DNA from: a virus
Lineage: Duplodnaviria > Caudoviricetes
Length of the DNA: 52,842 nucleotides
Strand: one strand, 5' to 3'
IMG/VR virus record: IMGVR_UViG_3300027657_000003
Span: 1 to 52,842 of that record
Shown piece after piece: positions 34,993 through 43,781 of the stretch. The notes under the pieces are model-generated. The model ran no database searches. It was given only the letters and a program-made list of their open reading frames with translations, and was not told the origin of the DNA. Each line of letters begins with the position of its first letter. Positions within the stretch are counted from its first letter, which is position 1. A program made the translations under genes and the position numbers.

Positions 34993-35465
34993 CGGTCACC
35001 TCGCTCACAGGAGATCCTGTAAAACTCATCGGCCGGGTATCGACGCCAGCCATGCTCGTGGTAGAGCCAGACGCCCGCAATGCCGGCGTGCAGCGCGAGC
35101 GCCGCACAGGGCACGCACCGGGGCTCGCGGCTCGGGACCTTCTGGCCCAACTCGACGCGGATGTGCAGCAGGTCGGCGCCAGCCAACACCAGCACAGGCC
35201 ACGACGGCTCAGATGCTCCCGCGTGCCATATCGCTTGCAGAATCGCGCGCTGTTCGGCATGCATCGCACGCTTTCCGCATGACGTATTGGCGCACGTCGT
35301 CGCACATTTGCCGTGAGCTGGGAGTCTGTTGTGTCCATAGCCCAGGATGCGCACTTCCGCGTTGTTCAGCGTCCGGAACACCACCGCCCCGCGTTTGCTG
35401 TTCCGGCAGTCGCTCACCATGGCCGTGTCCATGGCAACCTTTATGGCTTCCCGCGGCGGGCTCAA
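34989..35465 (-). CDS. dCMP/cytidine deaminase-family protein
   Basis: SDC..RGAVV..GHN..HAEQRAI..PRCVPC. Confidence 0.85.
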   Translation of the reverse strand: MSPPREAIKVAMDTAMVSDCRNSKRGAVVFRTLNNAEVRILGYGHNRLPAHGKCATTCANTSCGKRAMHAEQRAILQAIWHAGASEPSWPVLVLAGADLLHIRVELGQKVPSREPRCVPCAALALHAGIAGVWLYHEHGWRRYPADEFYRISCERGDR

Positions 35466-35926
35466 AACCGAGCCCCCCTGGAGCTCGACGCCAGCGCCTG
35501 AAGCGGCTCGGTGTCAGCCCGCTTCCGCGGCCGCGCCTGCCGCAAAACCGCAACGGCTATGCCACGCAAAATGTCGGCCAGCTCGTCGGCTGTCGGCTCC
35601 TCGCCGCCCCGCAAAGCGCGCATGCGGTCTCCGGGTAAATTGGCCAGTTGCTGGAGCCCCTCCCACGTCACCCCGGTGGCCACCATGAGCAAGGCCAGCA
35701 CCCGACCCACGCGCCGCTCCACCAGCGCGGCCCATTCGGCTGGAGCCGTGACGGTATCCGCGAATATGGCCCGCGCAGCGTACTCTTCGAGATGCCGGCA
35801 TGCGTCATCTGGAAGCATCAGGATCTGCCCGAGGCCAACGCAATTGCCGCGGTCATCGATATTGGCCATGAGCATACGCAGAGTATCCGCGCGTCTCAGC
35901 CGCTCCTGTTGTTCCGCACCACTCAT
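35462..35926 (-). CDS. XRE-like HTH protein
   Basis: GVTWEGLQQLANLPGDRMRALRGGEEPT. Confidence 0.6.
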   Translation of the reverse strand: MSGAEQQERLRRADTLRMLMANIDDRGNCVGLGQILMLPDDACRHLEEYAARAIFADTVTAPAEWAALVERRVGRVLALLMVATGVTWEGLQQLANLPGDRMRALRGGEEPTADELADILRGIAVAVLRQARPRKRADTEPLQALASSSRGARF

Positions 35927-36792
35927 GACGCAGGCTCCGGCGCGCCCTGGAACACCGGCACCTCTGGTAGCTCCCCGGCGATCTTGGCGCGCAGGTCGTC
36001 AATCGCGGTCTGCACCACGCGGTCCAGGTGCAGCAGCACGAACCGGAACTCCGGCACGTTCTCCCGCACACGCATCTGCAGCCGCGCCTCGATAGGGTAC
36101 GCGACCTCGCTGCACAGAAAGACCGGAATGCCCAGCAGGAAGCCGGCCGGGATCTCGGTCGAGCCGGTCTCGGTCTCCTCGCGGAAGGCGAGCGTCCGGC
36201 GACCAGTCCGGCGATCGACCTTGCTCTCGAACGCGCACTTGGTGCGCACCTGGAGCTCGCGGCCAAGCTGCATGACCGCGGCCGGCTCGCCCAGGTCGCC
36301 CTTGCCCCTCGGCTCGCTCGCCAGATCGGAGTAGTACATTTCGAGCAGCTCGGCAAAGGTCTCCTGCGCAAGCCACGTACCCGCCCAGTTCACCCAGAGC
36401 TTGTATTGCTCCGAGAAGCCGAGGTCGAGGTAAGCGCGATACCCGCACCATTGCGCGTCGACGCCCTTGTGATAGTCGATGACTGCGCAGATCTGCTTCT
36501 GCTGGCCATCGACCCAGACCACCGTTCCCGGCTCGCGATACTTGGCCACGAACGCACAGAAACTTACCGGGGACTGGTGCTTCGTGCTCCCCGTCTTTCG
36601 CCGCGGGGCCTCGCAGCGCGAATCGAGCTCGCGCAACAACTCTTTGTGCAGGTGCAAGCTCTCGCCCGGGCGAAGAACGATGACGGGGACACTGTCGGTC
36701 ACATCGAGCGCTGCAATCCGCTCGCCGGTGTTGAGGCTGTCGGCGCCCGCGTTGAACACGGCGGCCATCTCGCTCTCTCGCGTCTCAGTCAT
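35923..36792 (-). CDS. DUF2303 (YfdQ-like) protein
   Basis: SFCAFV..AVIDYH..QETFAELLE..IPAGFLLGIPVF. Confidence 0.85.
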   Translation of the reverse strand: MTETRESEMAAVFNAGADSLNTGERIAALDVTDSVPVIVLRPGESLHLHKELLRELDSRCEAPRRKTGSTKHQSPVSFCAFVAKYREPGTVVWVDGQQKQICAVIDYHKGVDAQWCGYRAYLDLGFSEQYKLWVNWAGTWLAQETFAELLEMYYSDLASEPRGKGDLGEPAAVMQLGRELQVRTKCAFESKVDRRTGRRTLAFREETETGSTEIPAGFLLGIPVFLCSEVAYPIEARLQMRVRENVPEFRFVLLHLDRVVQTAIDDLRAKIAGELPEVPVFQGAPEPAS

Positions 36793-37132
36793 GGTCCTGT
36801 TCTCCTCTCATCGGCGGCCGGTATACGACCGCCATTTTCGTCTGCCTGGGATTGTCCTTCGCCAAGCCGGATTCCCCGTCAAAGAAGAAAAACTCCGCTT
36901 CGAGCGGTGCGTCGGGCTTCTTGGTTTTGATGTCCGCGACATAGACGATCGCCTTGTCGCCCTTTCCCTTGATTTGGATCTTGACGGTGAGCTCGCCCGT
37001 GCCGCCGTGCTCACGGACCGCGGCCACGACCTCAGCCCATTTTTCACCCATCCGTTGATTTGGCTGGCCATGGCCGAGCTCCGCCAAGAACGCGGCAAAA
37101 TCGTGGCTCACGACATCGATGCCGCTGCTCAT
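36785..37132 (-). CDS. YfdP-like partner of DUF2303
   Basis: EVVAAVREHGGTGELTVKI..FFFFDGESGLAKDNPRQ. Confidence 0.8.
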   Translation of the reverse strand: MSSGIDVVSHDFAAFLAELGHGQPNQRMGEKWAEVVAAVREHGGTGELTVKIQIKGKGDKAIVYVADIKTKKPDAPLEAEFFFFDGESGLAKDNPRQTKMAVVYRPPMRGEQDHD

Positions 37133-37617
37133 AACACCAGCCTCCCGTCCACGGCCACGATCCTGGTCTCCCCGGTCTGGCGGTTGAGCTCGAGATCGAC
37201 TTTGACCTCTGGACAGGAGTTCCTGAACATGGCCAGCGCGTCGCGATCAAGCCCGATGCGGACGCCAAGCACACCCATCCGTTCCCCGCTAGCACCCAGG
37301 TAGACTGTCACCGTCTCCCTGAGCGGCGCGACCTCTCCGACTTCCTGCCCCGCGATGGCGGACCGCACAAAGCAGTCCTTGGCCTCAAGGAGCTTGCGCA
37401 GCCCTGCTGTGGTCTCCGGGTTGGCCGGGAGCCGCCCGGCCATATACTTGGCCAGCGCGCCGCATGCCCCGGAGATGGCCCTCGCGCCACCTCCCAGGTG
37501 CGAAGCATCGAACCACCGCATGATGGCCGCGATGCTCGGGTGATAGGTTGGTGCCGGCGAAACCGATTGGTGGGCCGCCGGCAACGTGTCGCTCATACTG
37601 AATCCGTTTTTGTCCAT
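37129..37617 (-). CDS. Helical-hairpin protein resembling Acb2/Tad1-type sponges, with extra C-terminal domain
   Basis: IMRWFDASHL..LPANPETTAGLRKLLEAKDCFVRS. Confidence 0.6.
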   Translation of the reverse strand: MDKNGFSMSDTLPAAHQSVSPAPTYHPSIAAIMRWFDASHLGGGARAISGACGALAKYMAGRLPANPETTAGLRKLLEAKDCFVRSAIAGQEVGEVAPLRETVTVYLGASGERMGVLGVRIGLDRDALAMFRNSCPEVKVDLELNRQTGETRIVAVDGRLVL

Positions 37618-37651
37618 GTGTCCTCGAAAAAATCCGGGCCGCGCCCGGTGG

Positions 37652-38068
37652 TTACAAAATCTCTTGAGGCGCCGTGCTCGCGGTTCGCAGACAGCACACG
37701 AGGCACCGAGACGCCGCGCCGATGATGGGCGTGCCGCACTCGCATTTTGCTCCTGGGTGCTTGGCGTTCATGTCCGCTTGCAGGCGCTCCCAGAGTTTAC
37801 CCGCCAGGCGCATCCACAGGCCTGGGCATTCGGAAGCGCGCCAAGCAGCCAATATGTCGTCCTCACTGGCGCCGCCGGCCAGGAACACTGGGTTCGGAAG
37901 TGGCGTCCAATGAGTGTATCGCCCCTCGACCCAGTCATCGTCCAATGGTGACCCCACGTGTGGTGGCTCGCCCCGCTCACAATGCCACCAAAGGACCGTG
38001 CCATGGTCGTCGTGCCACTCCTCGGCTGGGCGCGCAATCTGCCACTCGGTCGGAAGATTTGCCATCAC
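37652..38068 (-). CDS. DUF551-like hypothetical protein
   Basis: EEWHDDHGTVLWW..GSPLDDDW..YTHWTPLP; C-terminal Cys cluster. Confidence 0.65.
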   Translation of the reverse strand: MMANLPTEWQIARPAEEWHDDHGTVLWWHCERGEPPHVGSPLDDDWVEGRYTHWTPLPNPVFLAGGASEDDILAAWRASECPGLWMRLAGKLWERLQADMNAKHPGAKCECGTPIIGAASRCLVCCLRTASTAPQEIL

Positions 38069-38547
38069 GACCTCCCCGTCGAGCCGAAGCCGCCGGCGCC
38101 GCGCGCGGTCTCGCTCAGCTCATCGGCCCAGACGCTGGCAGCTTGCAGACACGGGATAATCAGCAGCTGCGCGATGCACCGGCCACTCTCGATTTGCAAG
38201 ACCGAGCGGCGCGCAACCGCCTGAATCAGCACCTCGCCGCGATAATCGCTGTCGATGGTGCCGTCGATGTCCATATCGGCGTACGCGCTCGAGCGCGTAC
38301 AGAGCTTGCCGACGTACCCGGGCGGAATCTCCACCGCCCAGCCGGTGCGCAGCCGCTCGATGCGCCCGGGCTCCAGAACGGCCGGAAATAGCTGGCGCGG
38401 AGACAGGCCCGAGATTTTCCCGGTGTAGGGCTCGCTCGAATGCACACGGCCCATGACCACCACGTCATATCCGGCGCTTCCGTGCGTCTTGCGCACCGGC
38501 AGCACAGCTTCCGGGTGCAGGCGCTTGAATCTCAGCGCGACGCTCAT
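38065..38547 (-). CDS. dut: Trimeric dUTPase
   Basis: GSAGYDV, RSS, GTIDSDYRGEV, IAQL, RGAGGFGSTG (motifs 1-5). Confidence 0.95.
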   Translation of the reverse strand: MSVALRFKRLHPEAVLPVRKTHGSAGYDVVVMGRVHSSEPYTGKISGLSPRQLFPAVLEPGRIERLRTGWAVEIPPGYVGKLCTRSSAYADMDIDGTIDSDYRGEVLIQAVARRSVLQIESGRCIAQLLIIPCLQAASVWADELSETARGAGGFGSTGRS

Positions 38548-38822
38548 GGCCGACCTCCGCGCAGCCGCCGCTCGCATTCAGCAATTGCGCGACCAAGGCG
38601 ATCGCGCTCCTCGGCGTGGCGCTTCCATTTGGCGTTGACACTGGTGACCTTTGCCCGGGACGAACCGGCCGGCAAGGCGCGCCGGGCCGCAGCGGCCTTC
38701 TCGCTCTTCAGCTGAGCCGCATTGAGCAAACGACGCAGCTCGGTGAGCGCGGCCGCGTATATGACCCGGTCGATCTCGGAAGGGCACTTGCACGGCTCGG
38801 TGTTGCAGCAGCCGCAAATCAT
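38544..38822 (-). CDS. Hypothetical protein
   Basis: ATGA-coupled on both sides. Confidence 0.55.
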   Translation of the reverse strand: MICGCCNTEPCKCPSEIDRVIYAAALTELRRLLNAAQLKSEKAAAARRALPAGSSRAKVTSVNAKWKRHAEERDRLGRAIAECERRLRGGRP

Positions 38823-39208
38823 GCCGCCACTTCCTTGCGCCGGAGCGATGACACCCAGTCGCGCGCGGCAATGCCGCGGATGAGGTGGCGCACCGAGCTA
38901 GCGGCACGATATATCCGGTCAATCTCGATCCGCTGCGCAGGCGTTGCGTACATCGCCGCCAACTGAGGCGCCGCGACAGCGAACAACCGCATCCACGGCG
39001 GCAACAGATCAGGAAGTCGCTCCCAGCCCTCGGTCCGAGCCCGACCCGGACCATGGTCACAGCACTGCCATTGCCACCGTTCGGTGGTGGGCCCATCCTG
39101 GGCGGCCGCAACCTCGATCACGAAGCCGCTCTCGCGAGCCCAATCGGCCGCGGTCAGGCGGTTGTGCGTGATTCCCGTGCCCACGCGATACCAGCGTTCT
39201 GCACCCAT
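38819..39208 (-). CDS. Hypothetical protein
   Basis: SD GGAGG; TGATG coupling. Confidence 0.55.
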   Translation of the reverse strand: MGAERWYRVGTGITHNRLTAADWARESGFVIEVAAAQDGPTTERWQWQCCDHGPGRARTEGWERLPDLLPPWMRLFAVAAPQLAAMYATPAQRIEIDRIYRAASSVRHLIRGIAARDWVSSLRRKEVAA

Positions 39209-39402
39209 CACCGCGACCTCCTGGCCCGCGCCCTGGCGGCGCGTCGGGCAGCCTTGCCGCGGGGCCACTTGCGCGGCGGCTTCGTGGTCTGGATATACAT
39301 GTCCGGCAGAGGACCGCGCGGCTCAACCAGAGTGACAGTCGCCGGCATCATTGACGCCTGGGCCAATGTAAGTGCTAAAGCAAGCCGTTGGGCATCCTTC
39401 AT
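39208..39402 (-). CDS. Small basic hypothetical protein
   Basis: Coupled by overlaps on both sides. Confidence 0.5.
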   Translation of the reverse strand: MKDAQRLALALTLAQASMMPATVTLVEPRGPLPDMYIQTTKPPRKWPRGKAARRAARARARRSR

Positions 39403-39674
39403 TTTTGCCCCCGAGCCACGCGGCGTGCCAGCTTGCCGTCGAGAAAACGCTTTCGCAACGCTGCTCGCCGCAGCGTGGCCAGCATCCTCCTCCATCTCGA
39501 CCTCTTCCATCGCGACCTTCGCGGGCGCCGGGTGATGTTGCCACCGCGCCGTGGTGGCACGTGCCGGCGATATTTCCTCTGGCGCTCCACACGTCGGGCG
39601 CCCACATAGCCAAGTACCGCGATTGCCCACGCTGCAAGAAGCAGGAGAACAACGTACAACCATGCCTCGCTCAT
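39399..39674 (-). CDS. Single-TM protein with Arg-rich tail
   Basis: WLYVVLLLLAAWAIAVLGYVGA then poly-basic stretch. Confidence 0.6.
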   Translation of the reverse strand: MSEAWLYVVLLLLAAWAIAVLGYVGARRVERQRKYRRHVPPRRGGNITRRPRRSRWKRSRWRRMLATLRRAALRKRFLDGKLARRVARGQK

Positions 39675-39895
39675 CAGTTCGGCTCCTTCGTCTTCGCCGG
39701 ACGAATAGCACCCGGCACGGCCACCACGGTGATGCGTGGCCCAGGTGGGTGAACCTGGCCGCATCTTGCGCACGGAAGCCGTTCGCCGCGCAGGCACCAG
39801 CGCTGCACGTCGATGGATCGCGAGATGACTCGCCAGGCTACAGCGCGAGCCAATTCGCAGCCCTGGACCACGCGTTTGCGGATGAGGGATGTCAT
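39674..39895 (-). CDS. Small hypothetical protein
   Basis: TAATG-coupled to the Cro-like gene; CARCGQVH. Confidence 0.5.
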   Translation of the reverse strand: MTSLIRKRVVQGCELARAVAWRVISRSIDVQRWCLRGERLPCARCGQVHPPGPRITVVAVPGAIRPAKTKEPN

Positions 39896-40170
39896 TATGA
39901 GCCCGCCCTTCGCCCAATAGGACGAGCAGAAGAACGAGGCACCAGCACCAGGTTGCAATCCAGAGCATCCGCGAAAGACACAAGCAACCGCATGCCCTCG
40001 TGCTTGCCGTTTTCAATTCGCGACAACGTCGCATGCAAGCGCCCGACGCGCCCAGCGATCACCTCCTGAGTCAAATCGCGCCTCACCCGCTGCGCAGCGA
40101 ACTCGCGACCCAAGGCTTTCGCGTCTGGCCCTGATCTGGCCCTGCTTTTTGTCCGTCTGGCCGTATTCAT
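39895..40170 (-). CDS. Cro-like XRE HTH regulator
   Basis: LTQEVIAGRVGRLHATLSRIENG; first gene of the leftward operon. Confidence 0.85.
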   Translation of the reverse strand: MNTARRTKSRARSGPDAKALGREFAAQRVRRDLTQEVIAGRVGRLHATLSRIENGKHEGMRLLVSFADALDCNLVLVPRSSARPIGRRAGS

Positions 40171-40204
40171 TTCAGTGACAACATGTGTCGGAAAAGAACA
40201 GGGA

Positions 40205-40234
40205 TTGCAAGCGAAATCGTCGTCGTCCTATAAA
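40205..40234 (+). promoter_or_regulatory. PRM-like leaderless promoter for the repressor
   Basis: TTGCAA-18 bp-TATAAA-5 bp-ATG(40240). Confidence 0.55.
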
Positions 40235-40239
40235 CGGCC

Positions 40240-40629
40240 ATGGGACGAAGACCGAGCACCGCTTCTAAGTTGCCGAAAACATGGACGGACGCTATCGCTC
40301 AATGGAGAAAGGACAGAGGGCTCTCACTGGCCCAGCTCGGCGAACAGGCCGCCGCGGCCGTGCACAGCCCGGAACCATATAGCCACGCCACGATGAGCCG
40401 GATGTTTGCCGGCACCGCCTCTGCCAACATTGTCGAGGCCATCGAGGCGCTCACCGGAATAACGCTGCCGGCGCGGGACATGGCCGCCGATGAAGCGCTG
40501 TGGCTCGAGCTGGGCCAGCGCTTGAAGGCGGCGAACCAACGGCTGTTCCTCGACACGATTCATCTATTGAGAGATCTCGTGGAGGTAATGGAGAAGCTCA
40601 CAGGCATGGTCGACAGAAAAAAACGATAG
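40240..40629 (+). CDS. CI-like XRE repressor without S24 peptidase domain
   Basis: WRKDRGLSLAQLGE..SHATMSRMFAG; divergent from the Cro-like gene. Confidence 0.8.
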   Translation: MGRRPSTASKLPKTWTDAIAQWRKDRGLSLAQLGEQAAAAVHSPEPYSHATMSRMFAGTASANIVEAIEALTGITLPARDMAADEALWLELGQRLKAANQRLFLDTIHLLRDLVEVMEKLTGMVDRKKR

Positions 40630-41022
40630 GCGCAACTTCGTACTTGAAATGCACACGCCGTTCAGGTTATCGCTTATCACGTGACGTTCTTTCTTCTGTG
40701 GCTCGCTCCAGGGATTGCCGTACGCGTCGTGTTGAAGGCGACCGACAGCCCAGCGGCGCACGCGCCGGTCGTGGCCCTGGACGAGCAAGAGACCTCAAAC
40801 GAACGCGAGCGGGTGTGAGGCCCGAAGTCCATGGCGCGCGGGAGTTTCTTCCTTTTACCCGCGTTGCCATGGGCGCAACCTTTCCGCGCGCCCGTGAGGG
40901 CACATAGCACGAGACCCGCCGCCCAGGCTCCCTTGACCTCGACACGATGATCCAGATGGGCGGCGACTCGTTCGGTGGTGCGAATCCGCCGGCGCGGGCC
41001 ACATGCAAAACAAGGAGTTGCG

Positions 41023-41310
41023 ATGAAGATTATCAGTGATACGAGGTACCCGCACCTGTCGCGCGGGGCATGGCAGCGGCGGACCGTCAAGCTGCTCGAC
41101 GGTCCGCATCGGCACCGCGAGTTTGGCGGTGAGGCTGGCGCTTTACGTGTCCATACGGACCGGTTGCCGCTTGAGGAGGTCGCCATCAGCTTCGGTCCGG
41201 TCACGGCAAAGTGGGAGTGGCTGGAGACGACGCCTGAGCAAGCCGTCGAAGAGCTGTTGGCGTACCTCGATAGTGGCGAAGAGGTCGTCGACGCGGAGTT
41301 TGCAGAATGA
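41023..41310 (+). CDS. Hypothetical protein
   Basis: SD AAGGAG; ATGA-coupled to recT. Confidence 0.7.
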   Translation: MKIISDTRYPHLSRGAWQRRTVKLLDGPHRHREFGGEAGALRVHTDRLPLEEVAISFGPVTAKWEWLETTPEQAVEELLAYLDSGEEVVDAEFAE

Positions 41311-42395
41311 GCGGCATCGTCAAAAGCGCGGGCGACGCCCGCTCACTCATCGTCAATGACCCGTTCGTGGCACGCCTGCAGAGCTGGGTGCCGAAATCGG
41401 CGCTCACGGATAAGTTCAATGGCCGGTGGTTTGTGGGCCACGCCATGCATCAGATCGACAAGGTATACAGTGACCACGAGCGCAAGCGCCGCAAAAATAA
41501 GGACCTCGGCCCGCTGCAAATCGTTCCCGGGTCGCTGGTCACGGCGATGGTGACGTTTGCCATCACCGGGCTGGCGCCGGTGAGCGCGCTTGGCCTTGGA
41601 TATCTCGTGCCGTTCACGCCAGGCCGCAGCGCATATACCATCATTACCCCGATCATCGGGTACAAGGGGTATATTCAGCTTGCGCGCTCGTCGCCGTCTG
41701 TCTCTGTGCGCGAGCTCCGCGCTGGGTGCATCCTTGATGGCGACGAGTTTGACCGCAGTATTGCGGTGGAGGAGGCGCTGTCGAGATTTTTGCCGGCCGT
41801 GGACGCAATGCCGTCGCCAGAGAACCTGTTGCATGCCTTTGCCTTATACAGAGCGGCCGATGCTCACGGCGAATTCCGGCTGGCGCACGTGATGCCGCGG
41901 GCGCACATCGAGAAGGTCCGTAGGTTCAGCAAGGCAAAGAATGGCCCGTGGCAGGAGTGGTATGGGCAGATGGCGGCCAAGACGCCAGTACGGCGCATGA
42001 TTACCGCCGGCGAGGTGAGGGTGAATTACCTGGCCGGCGTGGCGGCGGCGGCAGAGAGCGCCGCGGAGGGCGGCGACATCCGCAGCATGCGCGCGGCGCT
42101 GGCGAGCGCGGAAGGCAGCGGCTCGTGGGTAGACGAGGCGGCGCACGAGGTGGAGGACTACATCGATGTCGAGCCAGAGCCCGGACCAGCGCCGGCCGAC
42201 GTTGCCGAACGCGACACGAAGCCGGCCAAGGCGCGCGCGGCTCGCGAGATTCATGACGAAATCGGGAAGTGCACGTCGCTGGCGCGGCTGAGCGAAGTCG
42301 AAGCGGAAATCGATCGCGGCCCCGCTGCCGACCGGGATTTCTTGTTTGACAAGCTCGTGGAGCGGCGTGAGGTACTGGAGGAGCGCGGGGCGTGA
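41307..42395 (+). CDS. recT: RecT-family single-strand annealing recombinase
   Basis: GLAP..LGLGYLVPF..IIGYKGYIQLARSS..GPWQEWYGQMAAKTPVRR. Confidence 0.92.
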   Translation: MSGIVKSAGDARSLIVNDPFVARLQSWVPKSALTDKFNGRWFVGHAMHQIDKVYSDHERKRRKNKDLGPLQIVPGSLVTAMVTFAITGLAPVSALGLGYLVPFTPGRSAYTIITPIIGYKGYIQLARSSPSVSVRELRAGCILDGDEFDRSIAVEEALSRFLPAVDAMPSPENLLHAFALYRAADAHGEFRLAHVMPRAHIEKVRRFSKAKNGPWQEWYGQMAAKTPVRRMITAGEVRVNYLAGVAAAAESAAEGGDIRSMRAALASAEGSGSWVDEAAHEVEDYIDVEPEPGPAPADVAERDTKPAKARAAREIHDEIGKCTSLARLSEVEAEIDRGPAADRDFLFDKLVERREVLEERGA

Positions 42396-43552
42396 GCACA
42401 CTGCTCCAGATAGCGCGCCCCCGGAGGCGGGCGACGTGGACCGGCAGCGCATGGTGGCGCGTGAGGCGTTGCCCTGGCTCGCTGCATCTCCCCCAGGTGG
42501 ACAGCGACAGCGCGATGGCCAAGACTGGGCGCACCCTCCATGATTATCTGGAGCGTGTGGCGGTTGTCGGCCCGGCCCGAGCGCTGACGTGGGTCCCGGA
42601 GGAGCACCGCAAATTGTGCGAGGCGGTCGACGTCGACGAGCTGCCGACGGGCGCCGGCGTGGAGGTGGCGTTTGCTGTGCACATCGAGACCGGCGCCGCG
42701 CGCGAACTCGGCCGGCGGCTTCGGCGAGATTACTCCGGGGCGACCGACGAGGAGATTCCGCTGACCGCGGATGTCGCCGGCATTCTTCGCCCAGGCGTGG
42801 CTTATGCCTGCGAATACAAGCTCGGTGACCAGGACTTGCCGCCATGTGCCGAGTTCGCGCAGACGCGCTTGGAGGGCTTGGCCGCGGCCCGGGCCTACGG
42901 CTGCGACAAGGCCGTGGTCGACCTGGTCAAGATCTTTCCCGGGCGCCGGCCGCTCCGGGACCGCGCCGTGTTCGATGGCTTCGACCTCGATCTGATTGCC
43001 TGGGAGCTTCGACGCGATGCAGAGCGCGCCCAGACGAGCGACGCTCTCGCCGAGGGGCCATGGTGCAATTACTGCCCGGCCTGGGCTCACTGCCCGGCCA
43101 AGGCGCGCCTGCTGGCCTCGATGAGCGGCAAGCCGCTGGAGTTCGCCGACGACCTGTCCGTGGCCGTGACGCCCGAGATAGCGGCCAGGGCCTGGGAACT
43201 GTGTGGGCGCATCGAGGCGGCAAGCGCGAGGGTGCGCGAGCGAGTGCGCGAGTATGCCGTGGCCGCCGGCGGGCTGCCGCTGAACAACGGCAAGACGCTG
43301 GCCCAGATCACGCGGCGGGGAACGACGCGGATTGACGCCGAGATCGCTCGCGAGGTGATACGCGATTTCTACGGGCCGGCTGTGGCTCGCGAGGCCGTGC
43401 CGCCGCATGCGACACAGGACGGCATCCGGCAGGCCCTGCGCGAAGTGAGCGACGGCGACAGCCTGGCCGAGCGCGTCCGCCGGGTGATGAGCGAAATCCG
43501 CGCGCGCGGCGGGGCGACAAATGACGACCGCACGGCGGTCAAGGAGATTTGA
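42392..43552 (+). CDS. Cas4-like PD-(D/E)XK exonuclease (DUF2800-like)
   Basis: CPGS..GRTLH..TADV..EYKLG..CNYCPAWAHCP Cys pattern; next to recT. Confidence 0.85.
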   Translation: MSTLLQIARPRRRATWTGSAWWRVRRCPGSLHLPQVDSDSAMAKTGRTLHDYLERVAVVGPARALTWVPEEHRKLCEAVDVDELPTGAGVEVAFAVHIETGAARELGRRLRRDYSGATDEEIPLTADVAGILRPGVAYACEYKLGDQDLPPCAEFAQTRLEGLAAARAYGCDKAVVDLVKIFPGRRPLRDRAVFDGFDLDLIAWELRRDAERAQTSDALAEGPWCNYCPAWAHCPAKARLLASMSGKPLEFADDLSVAVTPEIAARAWELCGRIEAASARVRERVREYAVAAGGLPLNNGKTLAQITRRGTTRIDAEIAREVIRDFYGPAVAREAVPPHATQDGIRQALREVSDGDSLAERVRRVMSEIRARGGATNDDRTAVKEI

Positions 43553-43553
43553 C

Positions 43554-43781
43554 GTGAGTAGATTGTCATCGTGTGATTGCCGATGGAACCAACCCGAGGT
43601 GCAAGACGCAAAGCGTGTGAACCCAGGGCATCCCGCCGCAGGTTTGCCGACGGCGCGGTTCCTGCCGGCGGTACAGGAATACGGGAAGACCGTGTCGTGC
43701 CGAGGGTGCGGCAAGCACTCCGGGTTTCATTACAATGCGAACGCCGCCGTTTCCGCGTGGAACGCGGGCGTGAGGCAATGA
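43554..43781 (+). CDS. Lar-like (restriction alleviation family) Zn-ribbon protein
   Basis: CDC..VSCRGCG..AAVSAWN; SD AAGGAG, GTG start. Confidence 0.55.
   Translation: MSRLSSCDCRWNQPEVQDAKRVNPGHPAAGLPTARFLPAVQEYGKTVSCRGCGKHSGFHYNANAAVSAWNAGVRQ

Noticed and set aside
42392-43552. Cas4-like gene as part of a CRISPR-Cas system
   Set aside because: No cas1/cas2 or array; adjacency to recT indicates a recombination exonuclease
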